Positions 1 to 10,600 of a DNA stretch of 36,232 nt are shown in pieces. The position numbers were made by a program, and so were the translations under genes. Location: contig CAXNAD020000046.1 in the NCBI GenBank assembly GCA_964200185.2, forward strand, positions 1 through 36,232. The letters run 5' to 3'. Position 1 is the first letter of the stretch. Each line of letters begins with the position of its first letter. The DNA is from Choristocarpus tenellus KU-1152 (Eukaryota; Protista; Phaeophyceae). A model generated the notes under the pieces. That model was given only the letters and a program-made list of their open reading frames with translations, did no database searches and was not told the origin of the DNA.

Positions 1-323
1 GGATGCGGCAAGGCTCATCGCGGGTGTTCCATGAACGTATCTGTATGGAAGGACGTGTGCAACAGGATGGTCGAGGCAGCGCTCCTGTCCTCATATCAAG
101 ATCTGTCCAAGACCATCAGCCTACTGTGCGACTAGTTTTTCGGAAAAGAGGGGAAGAAGGGCCAGGCAACGGTCAATGCTAGCTACATCAATAAGCAGCA
201 GCGTCCCTCCCTCTCCGACTGGCACAACATCATGGGTCACCTCAACCCATTCGCGATTAAGCACCTGGAGAACCTCTCGGCCTCTTGGACATTGCAGATG
301 CTACAGTCGCCTCAGGGCTCCAC
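1..323 (+). mobile_element. Outer Ty1/copia retrotransposon, left fragment (GAG-pre-integrase and start of the integrase HHCC zinc finger), degenerate
   Basis: Translates as SLSDWHNIMGHLNPFAIKHLE (WHxxxGH motif); contains stops and frameshifts; ends at the inserted LTR. Confidence 0.75.
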
Positions 324-734
324 TGTCAGGTATAAAATTGTGCAGAATGGGGAGTGTGCCCAACAAGATACAGGTTTGAGAATTCTAGCAACTCTTTCAT
401 TGCCTGCATTCTTATTGCGGAGTGTGCAATACATGACAATAGTGAGGTGTACCTTTCTTGTGTATAATGAGCTAATTGTGTTGAAATTAAAGCCATGTGA
501 TGTAACAAATGAGATAGTACATATGGATATTCATTCCCTTTCGCTGGATTGAAATAGGTAGCGTAAAACAAATAATATATAATCAATGAGAAGACACCCA
601 GTAAAGGTCAATCTTGTAATTTTAACCAGGTAATCACGTTCAGCAATGGGGAACCGTGTGAGGCTTGATACCTTCTTGTCTTCACTACTGACAAATAGCA
701 TTACCTCCCAAGATAAATTGCTCAGATCATGACA
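324..734 (+). repeat. 5' LTR of the inner element (TGTCA...TGACA)
   Basis: 5-bp inverted termini; 339-725 aligns with 2722-3114; followed by a PBS-like site. Confidence 0.8.
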
Positions 735-736
735 GA

Positions 737-750
737 GGTTATGTGCCTTA
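737..750 (+). other. Degenerate primer-binding site GGTTATGTGCCT
   Basis: Two nt after the LTR end; resembles the copia half-tRNA-iMet PBS GGTTATGGGCCCAG. Confidence 0.55.
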
Positions 751-1300
751 GTAGTATGGAGGAAAGGAGGTGATGGGCATGAATGACAGGAATAATTTGC
801 CCAACTGGACTGGAGCACCAGCACGAGCAGTGGATACTTGGAAACTGTCATTGATCGCCTACGCACCTGCGTTAATACCAGATTACGATGAGGAACTTCG
901 AGATTCCTGAAGCACCCACTATCATCTCGGGAGGCAGTGCGTACGGCACATGCCACACACACGAAAAATTAGAAATGACGCACGGAGGACGAGATCCTTG
1001 TGCAGTTCAATGGAAGACGCACGAGGACGAGATACCCGTACAGCTCATTGCAAGACCTGAAATAGGCTACAGGAAGCTGAAACGGGCAATAACATCATCT
1101 CAACAAAGTGGACCTGCACCTTCGACACGAATGGGAAACTGGAGGCTAAGGAAACGTGGGATACGGTACGATCGATAAAGAGCAAGAACTGGAGGTCAAG
1201 GAGGATACTTTTGGTATCCGGTATGCAATGCCGAATATTGAGCAGTGGGACCCTGGGACAAGATGACGGAGTTAATCGAGGCAATGCAGCCGGAGCTGTA

Positions 1301-1334
1301 AGCCTGAGCCTGAGCCTGAGCCTGAGGCTGAGCC
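1301..1334 (+). repeat. (AGCCTG)n microsatellite, a PE-repeat within the gag relic
   Basis: About 5.5 copies visible. Confidence 0.85.
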
Positions 1335-1965
1335 ACAAGAATCTGCCTCTGAACCTGGAGCAGTCGTCACAACACTTGCCCCTTAAGGGGGTATACCCAT
1401 CGACTGGAGATCCCGAGATTCTTGCTTACGGAATGAGAAAAGTAATTGCTGTACCTGCCACTAGGGGAGCAGGACATTAGCAGGAGCAGTAACTAAGCCT
1501 CCACCAGAAGGGAAGGAGGAGCTAACCGCGGGGAGCCTGGGAGCACTCTAGCCGCTGGGATCATAAACTCATGGAAGAGAACACAAAAGATCGCGGAGGA
1601 GGCGGCCGAGGTACAACTGGTCAACATAGGGACCATATCACAACAGCATCCCCTACCAAAGACGAGATCAGGACCAACAGAAGATGGTCTGATCAAGCAT
1701 ATTGGTCCTTGCACTTTCGAAGGAATATGCTACAACTGGGGAGATAAAGGAGACCTTCATATCGTTTGTCGCCAGAGGAGAACGACACCGTCTAAACAGG
1801 CGGAGGAATTAGCTGGACATACTTCAAAGGGGTCACGACTTGGTATGGAGACAATCAAGGTGCAACTCTAGCAGCGATAACCATCGATAGGATAATTTCA
1901 ATGGGCGGACAAGTCATTTCACATCAAATTAGAATGCACCAGGGAGTATGTTAGCAGAGGATTTT

Positions 1966-2190
1966 AGAGGCACCCTGGCGAGGAAGGTTGTCAGCAAAGG
2001 GCTGCCTACACAAGACTTGTAGGTCTGGGGAGTAAATAATATCTACTCCAGACCATCAAGAACCATCTTTTACATCAGAGGCACCCTGGCGAGGAAGTTT
2101 GTCAGCAAAGGGCTGCCTGCACAAGACTTGTATGTCTGGGAAATAATATCTACTCCAGACCATCAAGAACCATCTTCTATATCAGAGGCA
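1966..2190 (+). repeat. Tandem duplication of a ~110-bp unit (two copies plus the start of a third)
   Basis: AGAGGCACCCTGGCGAGGAAG...CCATCAAGAACCATCTT starts at 1966 and at 2077. Confidence 0.9.
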
Positions 2191-2721
2191 TCCACGGGGC
2201 CTGACACACGAGAATATCAAGCGGCAATGGAGAAGATGGAGCAACAATGGATGAAGGGAATATTCGTAGAGGGAAGGTTTTGATATGGGGAAGAAATCCT
2301 GTCAAGACTAATTCTGAATATAAGATAAAGCCAACAGCTGAGGGGACCACTGAACAGTTCAAGGCCAGGTTCGTGACACAGGACTTCACTGAACGAGAGG
2401 ATGTACAAGACATTCAATTATAATAGGCTTCAAGCCTGGGGGAGTGAGTGCTAAGTCAACAAGAGAAACAGAAAAAGGGGGCTGGTTCAAATTTTTACTC
2501 ATACACAGAGTTAGGGATCATCATGGGACACGATTGTACATCACTGTATTGGTCCATCTAAAGAAGCAGGTACAAGAGACTTCGTAGACAATATGTAGTC
2601 TAGATGAATGATGTATGTTCGAGTTCAAGCAATTAGTGATCTTTTACTGCGTTGAGAAGATCAATGTGATGTGTGTGAGAGTTGAACCAACCTGACATCT
2701 TTTACTTCCACTCTCATAGAG

Positions 2722-3114
2722 TGTGCAGAATGGGGTGTGTGCACATTAAGATATAGGTTTGAGAGTTTCAGTAACTCTTTCATTGCCTGCACTCTCATGG
2801 GAGAGTGTGCAAAATAGAACAATAGTGAGGTGTACCTTTTTGTGTATATGAGCTAATTGTGTTGAAATTAAATCCATGTGATGTAACAAATGAGATAGTA
2901 CATCCGGATTATACATGGAATTATGTATGGATATTCATTCCCTTTAGCGAAACACAAATATTAATAAACAAACAATGAGAAGACACCACACAAAGGTCAC
3001 TCTTCTAATTTCAACCATGTAATCACGTTCAGCAATGGGGAACCGTGTGAGGCTTTTCACCTTCTTGTCTTCACTACTGACAAATAGCATTACCTCCCAA
3101 GGTAAATTGCACAG
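2722..3114 (+). repeat. Second LTR copy, truncated at both ends
   Basis: Direct repeat of 339-725 with substitutions and indels; lacks both TGTCA and TGACA ends. Confidence 0.8.
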
Positions 3115-4526
3115 TAAGGAGTGCAAGTCCGAGGCACTCAGTTACGCACGGGGCGGCCGAAGTCTCAAGACGGTGGAGGAGATGGTACACACAGACAATG
3201 AGGGATCCTTCGACCCGGGCATGAAGTTCTTTCAGCTGTTCGTCGACGAGGACAGCCAGAAGAAGCGCGTGATGGGTCTGCGTACCAAGGACGCTGCTAC
3301 CGCGGCCACCGCCGCCTACATCGACGAAATGGCTCGAGAAGGGGTGGTGGTGAGGTGCATCTGTGGGGATGGTGCTGGTGAGTTCGGGAGGGGTGTAAGG
3401 TTCCAGCGCATGCTGACAGAGCGAGGTTTATAATGGCGCAAGATCCCACCACGCACGCCCCTGAGCAACGGGATTGCCGAGCAGGCAATCAAACAGGTGT
3501 AATGCAAGCGGCGCGCAGTCAGCTGATAAAGACTGGACTAGGGGAGGAATTCTGGTTCTTCGCGGTGGCAGAGGCCACGTACAAGATCACAGGCATGCCA
3601 CACGAGTACCTGGGCGGTGAGACACCATGCGAGCGCCTGACCAGCAAGCCATTCAACTACAAGCGGCTCCGTGTGTTCGGGACAGAGTGCTTTTTGCACC
3701 AGACCAAGCAACAGCGCGGCGACTATGCCAAGTTCCACCCGTACGCGAAGCGGGGGGGGGATCCTCGTAGGACACGACAAGGCGTCACTGTGCTGGCACG
3801 TGTGGATCCCGCAGGAAGGTAAGCTGGTGACCTCCGCACAAGTGAAGTTCCAACCTTAACCCAAACCGCTGGCACTGTTGGGGGAGCCAGAGCTCGACAT
3901 ACTGGGGGAGTCAGAGCACGACGATGCCATGAAAATCGATGGCGAAGACGAAGAGGAGTCTTTCACAACAGGGAGCGAGGCACACACACACGAATGGGAA
4001 TGCGGGTGGAAACATTGGGCGTGGGGCTCAAGATGCGAAGCGCTCAGCACCCTACCAAAGTCAAGAGATTTCTCACAGGATGGGACAACGCCAGCGCATA
4101 GATAGGGCAGCATAGATAGCGGCCAAGGGCCTGGCCCCACACCCTGGACAACGGGCATCTTCCCGGCTGGAGCAGCGCCAGCGGGTGGACTACACATCCC
4201 AGCTGTACGAACTGCAAAGGATTGAGGAAACGGATATGAACCACTTCGTATCAACCCTCATGCAGCAGAACAACGACGACGTGTACTGCCTTATGGATCT
4301 CATGGGGGAGGCGGTAACAGGTGCAGACGAGCCGTCTACAACAAAGGCCTTGAGTGGGCCGGATGTAGAGCAGTGGCAGGAGGCCATGGAAAAAGAAATG
4401 GCAGGGCTATGCTACGGCAGAAGGGGACATTTGGTGACAAGACCCTGCCCCAAGGGAGGTAGGCGATCAAAGACATGATTCCTTTTCAAAACCAAGCGCT
4501 CCGCAGACGGGACGATGGAATGCTAC
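3115..4526 (+). mobile_element. Outer Ty1/copia retrotransposon, right fragment: integrase core, SH3-like region and start of RT; pseudogenised
   Basis: VHTD, GDGAGEF, APEQ(N)GIAE, FWFFAV, LRVFG.ECF, GILVGHD, EP....AL.GPD.EQWQEAMEKEM and FKTKRSADG spread over shifted frames; INT precedes RT as in copia. Confidence 0.9.
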
Positions 4527-4734
4527 CTGAGCAACATGTCTTTTAAACAGGGTGCCCAGGTCCTCAGTAAATGTCAAGGGACCAACCAGTTGACCAGTAC
4601 TGTTCCTGGAAATCTAAATTGGACAATGTGTCACCACAGTTGTTTTTTCTATCCTTGATCTTTATCCATGAAGTCCCAACCAACAACCTTCTCTCAATTT
4701 GATTTTCATAGGGAAGGTTAAAACCTACAATATA

Positions 4735-6354
4735 CTACCTCCATACCTTTAGGTCTGTGCTGGGTTGTCCATAACTTTTGAAGATGATGAAATTCATTTC
4801 TGAATGAAGATTTGGAATCCTTGACGAACTAGGGTCAGGTCTTTTTATTCTTATTACTCCCCATCCATCACAATTTCATCAGCCACAAAAAAAACTCCAT
4901 GTCTACCTACCTTCAGCATGTTTTCAACCTCACCAGACAATTGCCTCTTCCTTACCCTTACCTCAGTGTGCTCAACACTAAGTCATTCTCCCCTTTGTAT
5001 CTTAAGTGCTTGATTGTACACAAAAAGGAGCTGCCAAGCCCTCTCAAGTGTGGTTTCATCATACTCATACTGTTTCTTAATGACCTTCATCTCCTCAACG
5101 GACCCAAGCCAGCTCTCCCATCAACCGACATTTCAAAGACCTGAAGAAGCACAGGTCCATGATATTGAGGTCGGGAGAGTTAGATGGCTGTCTCACAAGC
5201 CTAATCGACCACCCCTCAGTCTTCCCTGCCCCTGACAAGATTTCTGAGTTGCCCTTGCCCGTGTGGGGGGTGGCACTGTCTTGCTGAACGACAATGTGCT
5301 TCCCCTGCAACCAAGGCATCTTGGTCTTGATTGCAGGTAGTAACTCCTCTGTGTACCACTTCCTGTACCACAAATGGTCTAAAGTACAATCCTGCTCATA
5401 CACATCCCCCTTTTAGGGTTCTTGCTTGTCTTGTCTGCCATTTTGGTGCACATACACGCCAAACACCTTTCCATCAAAGCTGTGAAGCGAATTGGGCGGG
5501 TGTTGGCCTCAATGATCATGGTTTTGGGGATATGACTCTTGTGCTGCACAGTAGAGGAAATACCCTAACCCTTTCCCCATTAGCCATCACGTAAAACCAG
5601 GTTTTGGTCACATCGATCATGTTTGCCATGGAGGCGTACACACCATGTTTCCGGTCCACTTGATTGCAAGCAATGTTCCATCTCCATACCTTTTGCCACG
5701 ATTTAAGCTTGGGTTTGATCCAGCAGCCATTTGGCATGGCCCCTATATCATCCAACCACCTGTTTATGATACTTGTGCTACAACTCAGCCCCTTGGCGGC
5801 CAGATTTTCATTGTCATCTGATTGATGCATTGTGGATGACCGATTATTGGAGTTGATACTATGTATTGCAGTCGTCTCGGTCAGTGTGAGCTCCAAACGT
5901 CGCCCACTACTTGCCACTACCCCTAAGTCAAGCGTGTGGCCACAGCCAAGCTGATCGGCGATGTCCTCCCAGAGCCTTCGCATGTAACACTCAGACACTC
6001 CAAGCTCCACTGCAAGGGCCGACCCAACGTGTTGCGGCAGTTTATGCTCACCAGGGACCATCGCGAGGGCGTGCCTGCCACACTGCAAGCGCAGCCCTAG
6101 TATTCAGGGATACTTGGCCACACTTCCTACATAGGGGGGTTGGGTTGCCATGCCGACGTTTTGACCCTCAACATGCCCAGTTCTGGCCTCAAAATCACCC
6201 CAAAAGACCCCTACTTTGACAACTTGAAGATCCTCAAGTTTGTACCTGAGATTGTCAGCCCTATTTCATTCTGTGGGATTATCATCCGATTCAGCGCTGT
6301 TCTTGCTCAGCAAGCCCAGATGTTTCACAGCACAAATTTATGGCACAGAGGTAG
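4735..6354 (-). mobile_element. Tc1/mariner DNA transposon (plant-mariner/DD39D-like), 1,620 bp, non-functional
   Basis: Imperfect TIRs CTACCTC...TGTGCTG and CAGCACA...GAGGTAG; TA on both sides (4733-4734, 6355-6356); transposase relic inside. Confidence 0.82.
4900..6088 (-). pseudogene. Mariner-type transposase pseudogene
   Basis: DVTKTWFY (decayed DEKWFY), QQDSATPH and QPSNSPDLNIMDLCFFRSL in separate ORFs 5516-6088 and 5095-5403; boundaries approximate. Confidence 0.85.
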
Positions 6355-7412
6355 TACAAGATTTACTATTGAATATCAAATAATGTGCCACATCGTGTCA
6401 TCCTAAGGATACTGAAGCAATTTTAGATTTTGTAAGGTTTGGGAAAGGGTTCTATGATATGCACACATTCAACAGGTCATTGGGGGCACACTTTAGGGTT
6501 CTTTGGGCACAAATAAAGAGGTACCAACATTGGTCACCCACCGGTGAAAAGGGATAGCCACTCAGAACAGTAGATCCCAGCCTTCTAGACCTTACATGTA
6601 ATGATCCCGCAAATTGGGTCATGTTGCACCCCTATTTTTCAGTCCTTTCATACAGAAAAGTAGTCAATGTAATTTTTACCCTTTTTGTACCCTCTTCTTT
6701 GTATTACAGACATGATCATGTAGCATGTAACATGTAGCCTCTTTAGTCGTCCACTCCACGTTTTTGATTAGATAGTAGCCGGTGATAGGTTGATATTCAA
6801 TATTCATTTTGCCGAGCTGCAAATGGGGTAGACAACATGGACATAACACATTCCCCTTGTCATTGATTCGATCCACCTACATAGGCACAGAAGCTTTTAT
6901 ATTTTTGATCAAGTGGAGGTGATGGTATGTACAAACCAGTCAACTACATACAGTTTTGCGTATGTTATCCATGATTCCATTTATACACCACACTGTGAGG
7001 CAGTATTTTCCACTGCTGACCAATACTTGGGACCACAGTAACTAAAGATTGGAATGTTCTGATAAAAAGCAGTGCATTTCATTGAATAAATCATGGTGAA
7101 GCTCTATTGAAAGAAAGGGTCAATGTGTTGCAACCAATGGTAGGTAGTACTGCAGGGTGCACAGTGCTGTATATTTGCAGGTTACTCTTAGCAAAAATTG
7201 TGGTACACAAACATAGTACACACTTGTCTATCTGAACATGTAGCACAACACAGTTTCAGTCTTGCCTTCAACGGTAAAATTTAGAATTGCAAAGTATTTC
7301 GATTCTTGCAGTATGTCTCATCCATACCACAATGTCACTGGGATGTCACCACTGCTCACAACAAACTACTCTTAACATCGGAAACATCGTCACTAAGGTG
7401 ACTGTACTAAGG

Positions 7413-7656
7413 TCAACGGCCAGTACGCCTGGTGGCGTTTATCTTCCTAAGACGCTCAGTCATGCTTGTGGTTGATGCCAAGGTAGTCCTGCCCATTTCT
7501 TCCATTCCAAGGCCAGGGACAGGTGCATCATCTCGGGAAATCCTTGTTCCTGTCTGTCCTGCACCACTGCCAAAAGTTTGTGTCTTGACTGAAGCCATAA
7601 GTCGCTCTCGTATGCTAGACAGATCTTGGGCATTCTTTTGTTCCAAAGGCTGAAGC
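7413..7656 (-). CDS. CKAP5: XMAP215 exon 44 (last coding): ...SIRERL...TERLRKINATRRTGR*
   Basis: tag acceptor, phase 2; TGA stop at 7413-7415. Confidence 0.85.
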
Positions 7657-10600
7657 CTATGTGGCAAATGCAGAGAGAGTACAAGTTGATGTGTTTGATG
7701 TTTGAACTCTTGACAAAGCAGTTAGACTGTTGGATTCTACCATAAATTATAAAAATCCCATGATCTAGGCATATATCCTCACAGTGTCAGAAATTTGTTC
7801 TGGATAGGAAAAGATTGGTACAGGTACTGTTACCAGCAAACCTCTATTGTTTTTCTAGCTCTGCTCTACCGTATTCCAATTTCATGGTCAACCTTTTCTA
7901 CACAAAACAATAGATTTGATAAAAAGAAAACATTATGGAAACAAATTCAAGACCTCCACTTCATATGCTTTACCACACCTAACAAGTCATGTACATATTG
8001 GAACCTCAAGCTTGAGAAAAGTTGTGCTTTTTGTTTGTATGTGTGTAAAGAAAAAACAACGTAGGTGAATTTTCTAAAAAAGGTATGAACACTTCAGCTA
8101 AGAGACAGATGTGATCTATTCTGAAGTCATAAACAAATTATTGCTTGAACTGACAACCACGCTTTGCAATGACTGTACAGTATCACATTTCCCAATTTCA
8201 ATCTGTACCTAATTTATTCACAAAGAGAAGTTTCCTGCTGATCCCCTTTCAACAATAATAATGTAACCCCAATGACTAGGCCACATAGGCCATCAACTTA
8301 ACTTGAAACACTCCATTGGATAATCCTCAGTAAGTAGCTCACACAAATAATAGATGGATTCATTTCGATGGAAAATTCTGACTCCATGCCTGTGACGGTA
8401 TGTCAAGCCTACTTTGATTGCATGGGACTGGGACTGGGGCATGTAAGCACCTTTCCTGTAAAATATATCCTACATTACAATTAATAGTACCTGTCTGACA
8501 CAAAAGCATTTCCAGGTCTGATTTTGCTTGAGTCAGCTCCCAGAGAACCAAAATCCTCAGCAGAGTCCCTATCGGCAGGTGTGGCTTGTCCTTTGCCTTG
8601 AGCTATCCTCCTCCGCAGCTGTTGAAGTCTCACCCTTGAGGACGACTCAAAGACTGCCTTGACAGCACCTTGCTCAACCTCATTTCGACCAACAGACCTT
8701 GACATTGGACCTGGAACATTCTCATCTGTCTCTTCTTGGCTCTGGACACCTACAACCTCAACAAGAACTGCATCAGATCGCTTTGCAGTGGCAATGCCCT
8801 CAAGTTGGGTTGAAGTAGGGCTATTGAGGTGGTAGGGTACAACTGAGTCCATCTCCCTGCAGCCATCACGGATGAATTGTCTGAACGCAGGGCGCAAACG
8901 CTCCACCTGTTACAGAATAGCAGATAAAAGAGCAAAAGGAAAGCAAATCAAGACTAAGAGAATCCAAACAGAGCTATAAGAGAAGCAAAATGGCACTGCA
9001 TCAATCCCTCTTGTACCTGGTCCTCAAAGCTTCCACGTGCATTTGGGTGTGCCCTGATGTAGGTCCTCAGTTCTTCTATAGCTCCATTGCCTTCTCTTCC
9101 ATCTTGCACTCCAGAAACATTGCCAATGAGTCTGGCCAACTCCGCACTATGACTGATGCTAGCTGATGGCATGGACAATGAGCTGCGGCGCCTCAAAGAG
9201 GGTTCATTGTGGACACCCTGTGGAAGTGGAGAAGATATTTCAAATGTTGCACATCTGAGTATATAAAAAAACAAATTGGAAACAACTAAATTTTTGTCCC
9301 CATGTTGATAAACCAAATCAAACACAAAAAACAAATGCCAACAGTATTTATTTTATTTATCATAGGTGTCCAGAGCAGAGAAGGCTCTAATGTTCTTTTA
9401 CATCATGTCCTGGTATAGTTTACAGGAGGTAACATAATAAAAACAGCCCTGATATAGAGGCATTGTGTAAGCACCTTGTACCTGGTTCAACTCGTTCTGA
9501 ACTACTCACATTGCATGTAACATTTACATCAGAAGAGATGCTGGAAATCTGAATGTACAATTGATTCTAAAAGGGTACAGAAAATTCTGTGTCAAAATGC
9601 CTAAGATCATCATGCAGAAATGGGGGTTGACATAATTTGTCCTGCAAACTAATGACCACCTCCATTCTGGTGATCACACACATAGAAAATAAACATTAGC
9701 ACAATGTTTGTTGAATGAGAACAGGAACTAGAGGAGCACATGCATTCTGTTCCAAATGCCGGGGTGTTCCAAATCTCTTATATTATAGCTCACTTTTGTC
9801 ATTGGTTGACACTTCCATCCTAGATTACTAGAGAAGATGCTATGGTATTAATGCTGTATTTCCCCTTGTTTATCCTCCTCTTTACGATATTTGATATTAA
9901 GAGGGTGACAATAGAGGAGGAAAGGTGAATGCAGTAACACCATTGAAGTAGTCATACCGCATCAACACAAGGAACCTCAAAAAAGGAGTTGTGGAACATT
10001 CTGCAAAACTTTTTGTACCTGTGACATGACACGCCAAATTTCTGCCGCTGCAGTTTGATGCTCTGGATTCCCAGGCAGGACCCTGTTTGTAACATCGGTA
10101 AGACACATGATCACATTTGAAGACTGTGCATATGTTCATGATAAGGGGTTGAACACTTGTCATATCCTCCAAATCGGAAGAGCTCAAGCACAGCTTGTAC
10201 TGATTCCGTCATCATGGTCAGAATCAAGAAAATCAACAACAGTCCATCCAATCAAGTACATGCACCATGTCAAGTTATAAATCACAAGGTTGTAATGTCG
10301 ATGTCTATCATTAACATGACTTCTTGGCAAGAGTCCTTCTGCTAGAATTTTACTCCTAGGCTTCTTAAGTACTCTTTAAAATATACACATCATCTGCTGT
10401 ATATGGAAATATGAGCTGATCTTTCTTTACGCTAGACGTTATTACACTTTGGTACACTTTGGTCATGTGGCCAGAGAATCTGGTGTCAAGCTTACGATAT
10501 GAAGCCAAAATAACCCCCATTCAATTTCAGAACACTCCAACAAAAATATGAGGGTATTTACAAAGATATAAGCAGCAGAGCAAAATGAAGATGGAAGGGT

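Larger units (their letters stand above)
324..3114 (+). mobile_element. Inner, nested, deleted and rearranged copia-like LTR element
   Basis: Bounded by about 390-bp direct repeats; PBS-like site; decayed zinc knuckle FEGICYNWGDKGDLHIVC near 1715-1770; RNase H tail GDNQGA...REYV near 1845-1960; RT start YKIK....G...FKARFV near 2270-2400. Confidence 0.78.

Noticed and set aside
531-3126. Two similar minus-strand ORFs (WEVMLFVSSEDKKV.SLTRFPIAERDY) at 531-962 and 2944-3126
   Set aside because: They are antisense translations of the two LTR copies and diverge outside the repeat.
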